53,419 bases of DNA from Nitrospinota bacterium (lineage in GTDB: Bacteria > Nitrospinota > Nitrospinia > Nitrospinales > VA-1): NCBI GenBank assembly GCA_038108555.1, contig JAYNIA010000012.1:1-53419 (forward strand). The letters are read 5' to 3'. Both the position numbers and the translations under genes were made by a program. Positions 18,026 through 28,598 of this stretch are shown here, piece after piece (position 1 is the stretch's first letter; every line of letters starts with the position of its first letter). The notes beneath the pieces are model-generated. The model was not told the origin of the DNA, made no database searches, and worked only from the letters and a program-made list of their open reading frames with translations.

Positions 18026-19321
18026 TTAGCAGGGTTTTTGGTTGCTATGGGCAAAATCCATAAACGCTTGTTCAAGAACAGGGTTGTGCGAGAGCTGGAG
18101 GGCAGAAGGTCCATACGTTTTTAAAATATCCTGAAGGCGCTCCTTAAGCTTGACCTCGGTAATTCCCCAACCGTTTAAACGTCGAATATTTTTAGGATCA
18201 AACCACCAGTCCTCGGGGATTTCATTCTTTGCCAGTAAAAGAAACCGTTTTGCGACTTCCTCTGCACTCCACTGGTTCTCGATAAAGCTTTTGGCTTTGT
18301 TCCCCAGGTCAATCCGATAGTCTTTATCCATAATGAGTTTTTCTATTGCTTGTTTTACGTCACTGGGCACGCAGGCCAGTACCGGTGGGATCATGTTTTT
18401 GTCTGGAAAGCTTGCTTTAATATTTTTATGGTCATACATGCCGACGATGGCTGGTTTTCCAAGCATGGCAGCTTCACCGGCGAACCCGGCCATAAATACA
18501 TCGCTGTAAAGCTCATCTACAATAAAATCACAGGTCGAGAGTGCCTCAAGAACCTCTGCGTTTGATTTTCCTACCAGTTTGATAAATTCGATAGGGTGCC
18601 CCTCCTTTTTTAGATCAATGATGGCTTGTTCTATCAGTGGAGACCCTTTAGGGCCGGGACGAGTGGGCGCATGGACGATGACGCAGGGGTTGTTTGAATT
18701 AGAATTATTTTCTCCACCTTTAGAGAGTGGAGGGCATTGGAAAGGCAAGCCGATGCTGTGCCAGTTTATGAATTTCCTTTCATGCAAATGAGAGGAGTGC
18801 GGATTGTTAATGATAATGTCGGCATAGCGCTCAATTTTTTTCAGTCTGTTTTTGATAGCTATCGTTTCCTTTATGCAATCCTCGGAGCTGAAGTCACCGT
18901 CTTTTGTTACAAGAACCGGGGTGATATAGGGTGCCCGGGCATCCGACCCGTGATAAACAATAATAACCTTCTTGTTGAAAAATTTTAAAAGCCAGAGGTC
19001 CAGGGAATTTAGAAAAGTAGTTCCGCCCGAAAAAATGAAAACATCATAGCGTGGCAAAGAAGTCAGGAACAGGAAGAGCAGGCTTAATCCTTTTGCAGCT
19101 CTCCAGAAATATCTGAGAAAGCTTTCCCGCGCAACCGCGTTGGTCCTTCTTCCTACCCATTCAACGATTTTTCCTGCAAGAGTCCCTGGGTCGTGTTTTG
19201 GAGAATATCTTTTATTAGGAAAAGCATTTACCAGCGTGCAAGGGATGCCCAGAGATTTCAATCCCGTTTGCAGTTGAGTGTAATAACTGCACGTATCATC
19301 AAGGCCTAAAAAAAATTTCAT
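18026..19321 (-). CDS. GT-B fold glycosyltransferase
   Basis: 431 aa: YHGSDAR, IVHAPT...KG, CDFIVDEL...GEAAMLGKP. Confidence 0.72.
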   Translation of the reverse strand: MKFFLGLDDTCSYYTQLQTGLKSLGIPCTLVNAFPNKRYSPKHDPGTLAGKIVEWVGRRTNAVARESFLRYFWRAAKGLSLLFLFLTSLPRYDVFIFSGGTTFLNSLDLWLLKFFNKKVIIVYHGSDARAPYITPVLVTKDGDFSSEDCIKETIAIKNRLKKIERYADIIINNPHSSHLHERKFINWHSIGLPFQCPPLSKGGENNSNSNNPCVIVHAPTRPGPKGSPLIEQAIIDLKKEGHPIEFIKLVGKSNAEVLEALSTCDFIVDELYSDVFMAGFAGEAAMLGKPAIVGMYDHKNIKASFPDKNMIPPVLACVPSDVKQAIEKLIMDKDYRIDLGNKAKSFIENQWSAEEVAKRFLLLAKNEIPEDWWFDPKNIRRLNGWGITEVKLKERLQDILKTYGPSALQLSHNPVLEQAFMDFAHSNQKPC

Positions 19322-19450
19322 AAACCGTTGGTTAGGGTATTGATTGGTAAGACGTCCAAACTATTCCTGGAAGAAAAAATCCTTGCTGGAAAAAACCAAA
19401 ACAATAAAGCAATCTAGACAGGATAAGCTTAATTGATAGCTTTGCCAAGG

Positions 19451-21178
19451 CTACATGGTTTCGGAAGAGTATTTAACTGAATCCGGGTGGTATTTCCCTT
19501 TTCCACCGCTTTGGCAAGACAAGCTTGTCCATTTCAATAATTGAATATAGGGCATAATCTTTGTGAACAAAAAGTATTCAATTGGAAACGTAAAAATGTC
19601 ATTTTTAAATCTCCATTTGGCAATGACCGAAAGTGACTTTTGTATTCCACTCATCAAAGGCCCGCTTCCCTTGTTCACACCGAAATAAGCCAGTTTGCCG
19701 TAAAATCCCAGGTAGGGAAGGTCTTTCGGTTTTTCCACCCATTTATAATCCTCTACCTTGGTGAAGCCCCAAATTCTTTGATGCGAAGTGTTCCAGTCTT
19801 CGAGTTCCTTCTTATCGGGAAAACCCTGCTCTACACATAAATCATACAGGCTGTTTCCGGGATAAGGACGAAAAATTTGTGGCCCAAAAATATAGGTGTC
19901 TGGATGGATTTTATAAATTTTGTCGATTAGCTTGAAGGTCGCTTTTATATCTTCGTTGGTCTCGGTGGGTAGTCCATACATGAAGGAGAAGCCACCGGTA
20001 ATTCCAATTTCCTCCAGAGATTTTGCCGCCTGAATAATGGATTCGATTTTCAAATCCTTTTTCATAAAGTCCAGCATTCTTTGGGAGCCTGATTCGGTGC
20101 CCATTGTCAGGAATACGCAGCCTGAATTTTTTATCCTTTTGAGCATCTTACTATCCACATAATTGCGTGTGAAGTAATCTGCTCTTATGTTTGCGGTCCA
20201 GGTAAATTTCAATTTCCTTTCTTCAACACCGTCTAAAAAGCTGTGCAGTCGTTTTCGATTTACGAAAAACAATTCGTCTACAAATTTAAAGTGTCTGGCA
20301 TCGTATTTTTCCATTAGGAATTCGATTTCATCCAGAATTCTTTCTGCAGACATGCCCCTGTATTCCCGGTCATAAAAATCTTCCAATGCGTTAATGCAGA
20401 AAGTGCATCGAAAAGGGCAGCCTTTGCCTGTGAGGATGTCGAAATACCGGGTTGCGTGACTGGGGTCTGTAGGATGCCAGCTTCTATGAATGTATCTGTC
20501 AATATCCAGAAGATCAAAAGGGGAGTAAGGTAGTGCATCTATGACCGGCAGTTCTCCCACAGGATTTTTACAGATCTTTCCATCTTTTTTATATAAAAGT
20601 GCAGGGATATGAGTGGGATAACCTTCTTTTTTATTGTAAAGAAATTCGGTTAGATCGATCATCATTTCCTCGCCGTCCGCGTAACAAACATAGTCGATCA
20701 ATTCATGTCTTACGGTTTCTTCTGGGTACAGGACCGCGTGAATTCCTCCTACAATAATTTTTGTTTCAGGATTACTCTCTTTAATTTTCCTTGCTATCTT
20801 TAGACAATGTTTTACCTGGACAGACATCAGCGTAAATCCCACAAGTAAAACGTCTTTTCGGGTGGTGAGATTCTTAATGGCTTCTTCTTCCTCTTCCTGG
20901 CTTAGAACAGAGAAATCCAGAATTTCTACGGGGATATTTGCTTCCCTGAGTACCGAACTGATAGCCATCAAGCTATTAGGAGTTCCAACGCGAATTCGAT
21001 CTACCTCAGTCCAGTCATCCGGGTTAGGACGTATCAAAACCACCGTTTTTTTCATATTCGAGAATTTACGGCGGGCCACAGTATTTTTTTTATTTTCTAA
21101 ATCAGATTCATCCAGAAGCAAGGTGCTTCCTTCAAACTGTTTTTCGGAGGCGAATTGGGTTGAAGAATTATCGTTCAT
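19451..21178 (-). CDS. B12-binding domain radical SAM protein (class B methyltransferase-like)
   Basis: N-terminal cobalamin-binding domain (VGFTLMS, IIVGGIHA), KGCPFRCTFC (CxxxCxxC), FVDELF, GTESGSQRML, FMYGLPTET. Start set at ATG 21178 (GAGG RBS); 21055 and 21193 are alternatives. Confidence 0.9.
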   Translation of the reverse strand: MNDNSSTQFASEKQFEGSTLLLDESDLENKKNTVARRKFSNMKKTVVLIRPNPDDWTEVDRIRVGTPNSLMAISSVLREANIPVEILDFSVLSQEEEEEAIKNLTTRKDVLLVGFTLMSVQVKHCLKIARKIKESNPETKIIVGGIHAVLYPEETVRHELIDYVCYADGEEMMIDLTEFLYNKKEGYPTHIPALLYKKDGKICKNPVGELPVIDALPYSPFDLLDIDRYIHRSWHPTDPSHATRYFDILTGKGCPFRCTFCINALEDFYDREYRGMSAERILDEIEFLMEKYDARHFKFVDELFFVNRKRLHSFLDGVEERKLKFTWTANIRADYFTRNYVDSKMLKRIKNSGCVFLTMGTESGSQRMLDFMKKDLKIESIIQAAKSLEEIGITGGFSFMYGLPTETNEDIKATFKLIDKIYKIHPDTYIFGPQIFRPYPGNSLYDLCVEQGFPDKKELEDWNTSHQRIWGFTKVEDYKWVEKPKDLPYLGFYGKLAYFGVNKGSGPLMSGIQKSLSVIAKWRFKNDIFTFPIEYFLFTKIMPYIQLLKWTSLSCQSGGKGKYHPDSVKYSSETM

Positions 21179-21417
21179 GAAAGAAATCCTCAAATTTCAA
21201 TTAAGTTGTATTTAAGCGGATGCTTAATAACTTATCGACATTTTATCATAAATATTTACAGGAACTTGAGGCTTGGGTCTGAAGCTTTAAATATGGAGTT
21301 TCGCTAAAAAAGGAAATGGATTTTAAGGGAAATCAGGCAAATAATCCTGTCGGAACCTGGACCCTGAAGGTCAATAAAACCTTTTAAATGCAAGGATTTA
21401 TTCTGTAAGGAGTCGGG

Positions 21418-22179
21418 TCAGACCAGGGTATTTTCTAATTTTTCTTTGTTGGGGAAATTTATCAGAACTCCCATATCTTTTTTTTGAAACACCACCATGC
21501 TCCCTAAAGCTACCGCAGAAGCCCCCGCTTTTTCGACCACATCGTGAATATGTTGAATTGAGCCCGCTCCCCCATGGGCGATAACGGGTATATTGACTGC
21601 ATCGGTGACAAATCTTACGAGTTCTAAATCGAAACCCTGCCAGCTTCCTTCCTGGTTGATAGATGTTAGGAGAATTTCACCCGCTCCCAATGACTCTAGC
21701 TCCTTGGCCCATTCCACAGGATTTAGTTTTGTTGTCCTATGGCCCGAATGAGATCTCACTTTATATTGTCCCCAAATGTCTTTTTTGACATCAACAGAGG
21801 CTATAACCGCCTGACTGCCGTAATGCGAGGCCAACTTACTGATGAGATCGGGATTTTCAATGCTCCGGGTATTGACCGATATTTTTTCAAAACCGATATC
21901 AAAAACCGCCTTGGCATCGTCAACAGATGCGATGCCTCCACCATACCCCAGAGGCATAAAACATTCACTGGCGATATCGGTAAGGACCGGGAGATTGGGA
22001 GATTTTTTTTCCTGCGTTGCGGTTATATCCAAAAAGAGTAATTCGTCGACTTCAAGTTCGTTAAATATCCGGACCGTATTGCAGGGATCCCCCACATAGG
22101 TAAACTCTCCGAATTGAACTGTTTTGACAAGACTTTCGTTTTGCAGCAAAAGAGTTGGAATGACCCTTGTCCGTAACAT
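21418..22179 (-). CDS. hisF2: AglZ/HisF2 (WbuZ-like) acetamidino-modification protein, HisF paralogue
   Basis: 253 aa HisF barrel, but with RVIPTLLL instead of RIIPCLD (catalytic Asp absent). Also ECFMPLGYGGG and GAGEILLTSI. Linked to wbuX. Confidence 0.88.
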   Translation of the reverse strand: MLRTRVIPTLLLQNESLVKTVQFGEFTYVGDPCNTVRIFNELEVDELLFLDITATQEKKSPNLPVLTDIASECFMPLGYGGGIASVDDAKAVFDIGFEKISVNTRSIENPDLISKLASHYGSQAVIASVDVKKDIWGQYKVRSHSGHRTTKLNPVEWAKELESLGAGEILLTSINQEGSWQGFDLELVRFVTDAVNIPVIAHGGAGSIQHIHDVVEKAGASAVALGSMVVFQKKDMGVLINFPNKEKLENTLV

Positions 22180-22784
22180 TATAAACTCGCAAAATTGGTT
22201 AAAAACTGCTTTCCGAACTTATGGCTTTTTTCCGGATGAAATTGGGCTCCAAAAATGTTTCCATGTTGAATGGCTGCATCAAAATTGATCCCATAATGAG
22301 CTTTTAAAATAGAATCCTCCTCGTTTTCGACATGCACATAAAACGAATGAACAAAATAAAACCGTGTCTCATCCGGTAAGTTATTGCAAATGGCACTTTC
22401 GCGCACCGGAGAAACCAAATTCCAACCCATATGAGGTACTTTTAAATCAGAAATTTTTGGGAAACGGCTTGCTGCAGCTTTTATCCAACCCAGGCCCGGC
22501 AATTGACCCTCTTCGCTGGAGCGAGTCAGTAATTGCATTCCGAGGCAGATGCCCAAAATAGGAATACGTTCTTGAAGGGCTTTGCGATCCAGAAGGTTTC
22601 GCAGGCCGTTTCCATTTATTTTTTTCATGGCATGGTCAAAATCACCCACGCCGGGCAATACCAGTTTTTTTGCATTGGAAATCGTTTCAAGGTCATCCGT
22701 AACAATCGATGGAACCCCAATGCGCTTAAACATATTTTTTATGGAACCCAAGTTGCCCATTCCATAATCAACAATGGTGATCAT
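22179..22784 (-). CDS. hisH2: HisH-like glutamine amidotransferase subunit (WbuY-like)
   Basis: 201 aa: IVDYGMGNLGS, LPGVG, GICLGMQ, PHMGWN, YFVHSF, QFHPEKS. Confidence 0.92.
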   Translation of the reverse strand: MITIVDYGMGNLGSIKNMFKRIGVPSIVTDDLETISNAKKLVLPGVGDFDHAMKKINGNGLRNLLDRKALQERIPILGICLGMQLLTRSSEEGQLPGLGWIKAAASRFPKISDLKVPHMGWNLVSPVRESAICNNLPDETRFYFVHSFYVHVENEEDSILKAHYGINFDAAIQHGNIFGAQFHPEKSHKFGKQFLTNFASL

Positions 22785-24034
22785 GACCTTTTCTCGACCG
22801 GAAAACAGTATTTAAGATAAAAGCTCATAGGCACTAAATTTGCCTTGGCAAGAATTTTAAAAATCGGGCGTAAACGCTCGAAACGGTTTTTATACGTAGG
22901 AAATTCATGCCAGTATCGAGGAGGGGCATTCATAATCCTTTCATACTCTTCATCAGAAATTTTGATTCGTTTCTTAAAATACTCCAGGAGATCTTCTTCA
23001 ACGTTTGGAGGGAGGTTGTATTTTGCCCAGGCCTCCTCACGGCTCATCTTTCCTGTTCTTGCCAAAGCAGACAGGGTATTGTTTCGGCAATCCATGCCAA
23101 ACTTTTGCGGTTGGTAAATCCCGTGATGGAATGCCGTCATTCTATTTTCAAGGTGATGGCCCCCATAGTATTCCCAGTCGAAGGTCTTTTCCAGGAATTC
23201 CCGCGCTTCTTCCTTATTGTATTTTATATACCAGTAAGGCCGAATTTTTCTAATTCGAGCAATCGACGACCACCACATAAAACGGTTAAATGTCATTAAG
23301 GGATAAGTTTTCATGGGGCGACGACCGTGCATCTGATGAATCGATTCGACGTACTTTCCATCGATGTAATTTCGACCTACAGGAGTGATCCCTTCGGCGA
23401 CAAAAGAATGTCCTTCCAGAATATATTTCACCCCATATTTCCAGGCGGCTCGATACAACACTTCTGCCAGGGCCAGGTCGGTAGGGTTGTCGAGTTCGGC
23501 TACTCCGGCAAGAAAGAAAGACCGCAAAATATCATCCGCTTCTTCATTGTCAATCACATGTGTGTACAGGTCGATATCCAATGCACTCAGGACTTTACTT
23601 ATGTTCATGGTCGCAATGGCCGAGTTCCAGGTATTATCAAAATGGACAGCCAAAGGGCGTAATCCCCACTTTTTGGCCAGATAAACCATGTAAGAGGAGT
23701 CCGTTCCCCCACTCACCCCGATCACGCAGTCATATTTTTTCCCCTTACCGGCCGCTTTCATTTCCGAAACAATATTTCGAAGTCTTTCTTCTCCCACTTC
23801 GGTCCCGGTCCCATACTCGTTTTCGAGCCGGTCTATTTGATGGCAGTAATTACATACCCCCTCATCATCAAAAGTTATCCCATCAACCCGTTCATCATAA
23901 ATACAACGGCTACAAACCTTGATGCCCGCGTTTTTCAAATTCCCATTGATGGGTTTTTTGATTTGATTCGTTGAACTTGAAGGAGTCGGATTGTTTTCGA
24001 CCCTAAACTCATTTGTTAAAGATGGCGCAGTCAT
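22781..24034 (-). CDS. wbuX: N-acetyl sugar amidotransferase (WbuX/WbpG/PseA family)
   Basis: 417 aa: CSRC...GVCNYC, YDCVIGVSGGTDSS (PP-loop), GLRPLAVHFDNTWN. Upstream of HisH2/HisF2. Confidence 0.9.
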   Translation of the reverse strand: MTAPSLTNEFRVENNPTPSSSTNQIKKPINGNLKNAGIKVCSRCIYDERVDGITFDDEGVCNYCHQIDRLENEYGTGTEVGEERLRNIVSEMKAAGKGKKYDCVIGVSGGTDSSYMVYLAKKWGLRPLAVHFDNTWNSAIATMNISKVLSALDIDLYTHVIDNEEADDILRSFFLAGVAELDNPTDLALAEVLYRAAWKYGVKYILEGHSFVAEGITPVGRNYIDGKYVESIHQMHGRRPMKTYPLMTFNRFMWWSSIARIRKIRPYWYIKYNKEEAREFLEKTFDWEYYGGHHLENRMTAFHHGIYQPQKFGMDCRNNTLSALARTGKMSREEAWAKYNLPPNVEEDLLEYFKKRIKISDEEYERIMNAPPRYWHEFPTYKNRFERLRPIFKILAKANLVPMSFYLKYCFPVEKRS

Positions 24035-24037
24035 AAT

Positions 24038-25525
24038 TCATATATTAAATTTAGGGTTGTTTTTGGAATCCATATTTTTTACCCACCAGTCATAAACCGG
24101 AACATCCTCGTTGTTTACGGCAATTTTCAGGATCTCTAAAGTGGATTCCTGGCCACAGCCAACAAATATTCTTTGATCGGCTTCCACAATTTCAGAGGGG
24201 AGCGGTCTTTTTATCATATCCTCCTGACTTTTTCGACAGGACCAAATAGTAACTTTATTGCTTCCAAGTTCAGAAAATGCCCCGGGATAAGGTTTGGTTT
24301 GTGCTCGAACAAAATCATATATTTTATCGGCGGGGAGGGTCCATTCAATTTTTCCATCCTCAGGACTTCGATTAGGGTAAACACGACGTTTACTTTCATC
24401 CTGAGGTTTCAAATCCATTGACCCATTGATTATTCGAGGTAGATGTTCCTTAAACAAATTTCTTCCCTTATCTTCTATCCTTTTATAAAGAGTTGCAATA
24501 GTATCTTCCTGGTTAATATTGACGGATTCTTGTGCCACAATGGGACCGCTGTCCGTACCATCACCCAATTGAAAAAAGGTGATGCCGGTTTTTTTCTCAC
24601 CATTGATCATGGCCCAAACAAGAGGTGCTCCTCCAGTATAGTCCGGAAGCAGGGAAGCATGAAGTCCATAAGCGGGTGCCAGATCTAGCCATGATTTAGG
24701 AATCAGGTGGTACCAGCCAACAACGATGAATAAATCTGGGGATAGGGCTTTTACCCTTTCAAATAGGCCGGGATCTTTCATCCCTTCATTCATGACAATG
24801 CAATTGATATCATGAGATTGGCAGTATTTTTTTATGTCAGCGAATAAAACGTTTTTGACCCCTTCGGGCCGATAAGAAATCGAAAATGTTTCAGGTAATG
24901 TTATTGCGCCCACAACGTTATACAGTGATGACTGGGTCATAATCTCAAGACATTGCAACCCAATCGTACTTGCTCCAATAAATATAATTCGGGGTTTACT
25001 TTTTCCAGTTTTTCCTATAACCCGACAGGGCGACCCAACTGCTTTGCTGTTTGGAGGAATATCCGAAAGAACTAAACTGTTAGCTCCAATGACACATCCG
25101 TCACCAATGGTCACCCCTTTTGAAATGATCACATTTGGGCCGATGAAGCAATTGCTGCCAATTCGCGTTTCGGCATAATCGTAGGATGATTTTCCTCCAG
25201 AAGTTGCCCAATTGACAGAGTCGTGGCTGTAAACTTGAACTCCTGAAGAAATAGAACAATGGGAGCCAATTTCCAGACCTCCAGACCCGTCCAAAACGAC
25301 AAAGGGCCCAATCCAGGTTTCTTCCCCAACTTTGACATCTCCAATGATCAAAGCGCTGTCATAAACAGAAGAACCTTCTCCAAACCCCAATATTTTTGCC
25401 TTTTCCCAACGATCAACAATATAATCCGCAAACGGTAAAGTCCGTTTGAATTTTTTCTCCACTTCAGAATGGCGTTTCTGCCAGAGGGACTTGAGTTGTG
25501 ATAGCAAGTCCTTAATCATGGCCAA
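24038..25525 (-). CDS. Fused hexapeptide (LbH) acyltransferase and formyltransferase
   Basis: 495 aa. Residues ~50-170 are hexapeptide repeats ([32 protein letters not shown]...VGSPCRVI). Residues ~178-495 are Fmt-like ([39 protein letters not shown]). Confidence 0.85.
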   Translation of the reverse strand: MAMIKDLLSQLKSLWQKRHSEVEKKFKRTLPFADYIVDRWEKAKILGFGEGSSVYDSALIIGDVKVGEETWIGPFVVLDGSGGLEIGSHCSISSGVQVYSHDSVNWATSGGKSSYDYAETRIGSNCFIGPNVIISKGVTIGDGCVIGANSLVLSDIPPNSKAVGSPCRVIGKTGKSKPRIIFIGASTIGLQCLEIMTQSSLYNVVGAITLPETFSISYRPEGVKNVLFADIKKYCQSHDINCIVMNEGMKDPGLFERVKALSPDLFIVVGWYHLIPKSWLDLAPAYGLHASLLPDYTGGAPLVWAMINGEKKTGITFFQLGDGTDSGPIVAQESVNINQEDTIATLYKRIEDKGRNLFKEHLPRIINGSMDLKPQDESKRRVYPNRSPEDGKIEWTLPADKIYDFVRAQTKPYPGAFSELGSNKVTIWSCRKSQEDMIKRPLPSEIVEADQRIFVGCGQESTLEILKIAVNNEDVPVYDWWVKNMDSKNNPKFNI

Positions 25526-27395
25526 CTTCCTTAAGATATTGTTCCACGTTCAGTAAAGACCAAATCAATAGCCTTCTGTTTTCTTTTCCGTTTAGGTGTT
25601 CATTTATCAGTTCTTCTACTATGGGGCGATCCATGAATTCATAAATGTTTGCATGGCCGTTCAGCAAGGTTCTTTTCACAAAATTGATACTATCGCCTTT
25701 AAACCAACTGGCATCCGGTGCAGAGAAACCTTGTTTTTTTGCCTGAGTCACAGAGTCCGGAATGTGGCGTTTCATTACATCGCGTAGAATTTGTTTGCCA
25801 TCACGCGTTTTTTGGAAATATTTGCTTTGTTTGTTTTGGGGTTCATTTTCATTAATGCGTACTACGTCGGCAAGGTTGTTCAGCTTAAGACTGACCGGGC
25901 ATTTCATGATGAAATTCACCAGGTCATTGTCAAGAAATGGGACCCGGGTTTCCAGGCCATGAGCCATACTAAGTTTGTCCTCAACCACTAAAAGGCCATG
26001 AAGAAATGTTTTGGCTTCAAAATATAAAGAGTGGTTGATGTATTCCTCGGGAGTTTTGATCTGTTCCGAGTGATGTTTGAAAACATCCCTGAAAATATCC
26101 CGGGTCCAGACAGATGCGACCTCATTTCTAATGGGAGAAAACATAGGCCTCAACCGACTGTTATCCACGAGGCGCTGCCAATATAAGTAGTATTTGTCGA
26201 TATAGTCTTCGAAATCATTATTCACAACCGCCCTATAATAACGCCAGGGGTATCCTCCAAACAATTCGTCACCTCCAGTTCCAGATAGAACTACCTTGAC
26301 GAATTTGCTGGCGAGTTGAGCAGTGTAGTAATTCGGATAACTTTGTCCTACCCGAGGCTCTTCCAAATGGGAAGCAAGTTTTGGAAGAATACGTTCCATA
26401 TCTCCTGCTTTCAAAACCATCTCATAATGCTCCGTCTTGAAATGGTAGGACATGGCTTCGGCTTTTTCCCTTTCATCAAAAGACAATTCCATGCCGGATG
26501 CGGAGCTCATATCGAATCCGCATGTAAAGGTTTTTAGATAGGGAAAAGACTTTGAAGCGATTGCGGTTATCGATCCCGAATCCATACCCCCGCTCAAATA
26601 ACTTCCAAGTTCAACATCGGAAACCAGTTGTCTCTTAACCGCTTGCTGGAAAAGGCGATCAAGTTCTTCCCGATACTCTTCATGGGTGGCCGATTCTGTG
26701 GGTTCCTGAAAATTATAATCCCAGTACTCCGTTCTTTGTAGAGTTGGATTCTTTTGCTTCAAGTCGAGAGTTGCATAGTGTCCTGCAGGCAGAAGATGGA
26801 TATCTTCCAACAAAGTCTGGTCGGTAAATATATTCTGGAATGTGAAATATTCGAGCAGTGCAGGTTTATTTAATTTGCGTTTGAAGCTGGGAATTTTAAG
26901 AATGGCTTTTTGTTCTGAACCAAAAGAAAACGTATTGCCCTGATGACTGACATATAGAGGTTTGATGCCATAGCGATCCCGGGCTAGCAAAAGAGTGCGT
27001 TCTTTTCTATCCCAAAGTGCTAATGCAAACATACCGTTGAAGCGAAGCAACGCCTCGGTGCCCCATTCGGCAAGAGCATTTAAAACCACTTCTGTGTCTG
27101 TTTCCGATCTAAACCAATATCCTTTGGCCTTCAGTTCTTCGCGTAACTCCCTAAAGTTATAGACTTCTCCGTTATAACTGAGCCAAAAACGATGATCTGC
27201 GCTGACCATGGGCTGGTACCCGGCTATGGACAAATCGATGACTGAAAGGCGTCGATGTCCAAGACCTACATTTCCTTCAATCCAGTGCCCTTCTCCATCT
27301 GGCCCTCGATGTGAAATGGCCTCAGTCATATCCTGCAATACAGGTAGGGAGACGGGTGAATTATCCAGATGTACCAGACCGGTAATTCCACACAT
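25512..27395 (-). CDS. asnB: Second asparagine synthase-like amidotransferase
   Basis: 627 aa: [44 protein letters not shown]. Confidence 0.92.
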   Translation of the reverse strand: MCGITGLVHLDNSPVSLPVLQDMTEAISHRGPDGEGHWIEGNVGLGHRRLSVIDLSIAGYQPMVSADHRFWLSYNGEVYNFRELREELKAKGYWFRSETDTEVVLNALAEWGTEALLRFNGMFALALWDRKERTLLLARDRYGIKPLYVSHQGNTFSFGSEQKAILKIPSFKRKLNKPALLEYFTFQNIFTDQTLLEDIHLLPAGHYATLDLKQKNPTLQRTEYWDYNFQEPTESATHEEYREELDRLFQQAVKRQLVSDVELGSYLSGGMDSGSITAIASKSFPYLKTFTCGFDMSSASGMELSFDEREKAEAMSYHFKTEHYEMVLKAGDMERILPKLASHLEEPRVGQSYPNYYTAQLASKFVKVVLSGTGGDELFGGYPWRYYRAVVNNDFEDYIDKYYLYWQRLVDNSRLRPMFSPIRNEVASVWTRDIFRDVFKHHSEQIKTPEEYINHSLYFEAKTFLHGLLVVEDKLSMAHGLETRVPFLDNDLVNFIMKCPVSLKLNNLADVVRINENEPQNKQSKYFQKTRDGKQILRDVMKRHIPDSVTQAKKQGFSAPDASWFKGDSINFVKRTLLNGHANIYEFMDRPIVEELINEHLNGKENRRLLIWSLLNVEQYLKEVGHD

Positions 27396-27450
27396 GAAGT
27401 GTTTATATTCCTTTCTTGGGTGTCAAGGTGCTTCCCACAGTTTCTTTTTT

Positions 27451-28593
27451 TTAAAATCCATGCAGGGTTTCAATGATGTAGTCATAATCCTCTTTTGTCA
27501 TTCGGTTGTGCAAGGGAATCGCCATTGAATTGTCATTGCAGTCCCGAGCCACTGGATAGTCGTCGGGGCAAAGTCCAAATTTCTTCTGGTATAAATTCAA
27601 CATATGTACCGCATGGGTTCCGGGCCGCGTTGCTATCCCTTTTTCCTGCAGTTTTTCCATAAGTTCGTTTCGGGGGGCGGGTGCCGTTTCCGGATCGCAA
27701 TAGGTGACAAAAGATTGCCAGCCATGATTTCCATGATCAGGTTCTGAAGGCAATCCAAGCCATTTTATGTCGGCAAGTTTTTCGTTGTAGTATTGAGCCC
27801 ACTTACCTCTTTCATTTATGAATTCGTCCATTTTAGCCAATTGTTCAATTCCAATGGCCCCCTGCAAATCTGTCATACGGTAATTAAACCCCAGCAAATT
27901 AAAATCCGGCAAAATATAGGGTTTGGGTCCATGGTGCCGCTGCTCCTCGGAAACGGATGCCCCATGATTTCGCATCCGATTCATTTTTTCAGCCAATTGA
28001 GCATCGTTTGTAGTGACCATTCCACCTTCACCTGTGGTTATTGATTTTCGTGGGTGGAATGAGAAGGATGCAGCATCTCCCAGGCTCCCAGCCCATTTCC
28101 CATGATAACTTGCTCCAGCTGCACACGCCGCATCTTCTACAATTTTCAAATGATCCGGAGTCACGGCTTTAATAGCATTTATATCGGCACAAAGACCAAA
28201 AAGGTGTACAGGTATAATTGCTTTAGTTCGATCTGTGATTCTTTCGGCGATTTGGGAGGGGTCGATATTGAAAGTTTCTCTGCAAATATCGACAAATACA
28301 GGCTTTGCACCACAATATAAAACTACGTTTGCGGTTGCCACCCATGTGAAAGCAGGGACGATGACCTCATACCCCGGGCCTATATCCAGGGCAGCAAGTA
28401 TAAGGTGTAAACCGGTAGTGCAGGACGTGACCGCCAATGCATGTTCTACCCTATGGCGTTTCGCAAATTGCTTTTCAAACTCGGCGACTTTGGGGCCCTG
28501 GGTGAGCCATCCGGAGAGGATGGGTTCACGTACAGCCTGCCATTCCTTTTCCCCGGTGACAGGGAGGGCAATCGAGATTTGTCTTTTGTCCAT
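27451..28593 (-). CDS. DegT/DnrJ/EryC1/StrS PLP-dependent sugar aminotransferase
   Basis: 380 aa: TSCTTGLH, PVHLFG, EDAACA, SFHPRKSITTGEGG, GFNYRMTD. Confidence 0.93.
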   Translation of the reverse strand: MDKRQISIALPVTGEKEWQAVREPILSGWLTQGPKVAEFEKQFAKRHRVEHALAVTSCTTGLHLILAALDIGPGYEVIVPAFTWVATANVVLYCGAKPVFVDICRETFNIDPSQIAERITDRTKAIIPVHLFGLCADINAIKAVTPDHLKIVEDAACAAGASYHGKWAGSLGDAASFSFHPRKSITTGEGGMVTTNDAQLAEKMNRMRNHGASVSEEQRHHGPKPYILPDFNLLGFNYRMTDLQGAIGIEQLAKMDEFINERGKWAQYYNEKLADIKWLGLPSEPDHGNHGWQSFVTYCDPETAPAPRNELMEKLQEKGIATRPGTHAVHMLNLYQKKFGLCPDDYPVARDCNDNSMAIPLHNRMTKEDYDYIIETLHGF

Positions 28594-28598
28594 TCGTT

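Noticed and set aside
21418..22784. hisF/hisH as histidine biosynthesis genes
   Set aside because: The HisF catalytic Asp motif is absent, no other his genes are nearby, and the pair is coupled to wbuX.
7505..27395. The two asnB genes as housekeeping asparagine synthetases or a recent duplication
   Set aside because: Both sit in glycan context and differ substantially outside the family motifs, so sugar amidotransferases of separate origin are more likely.
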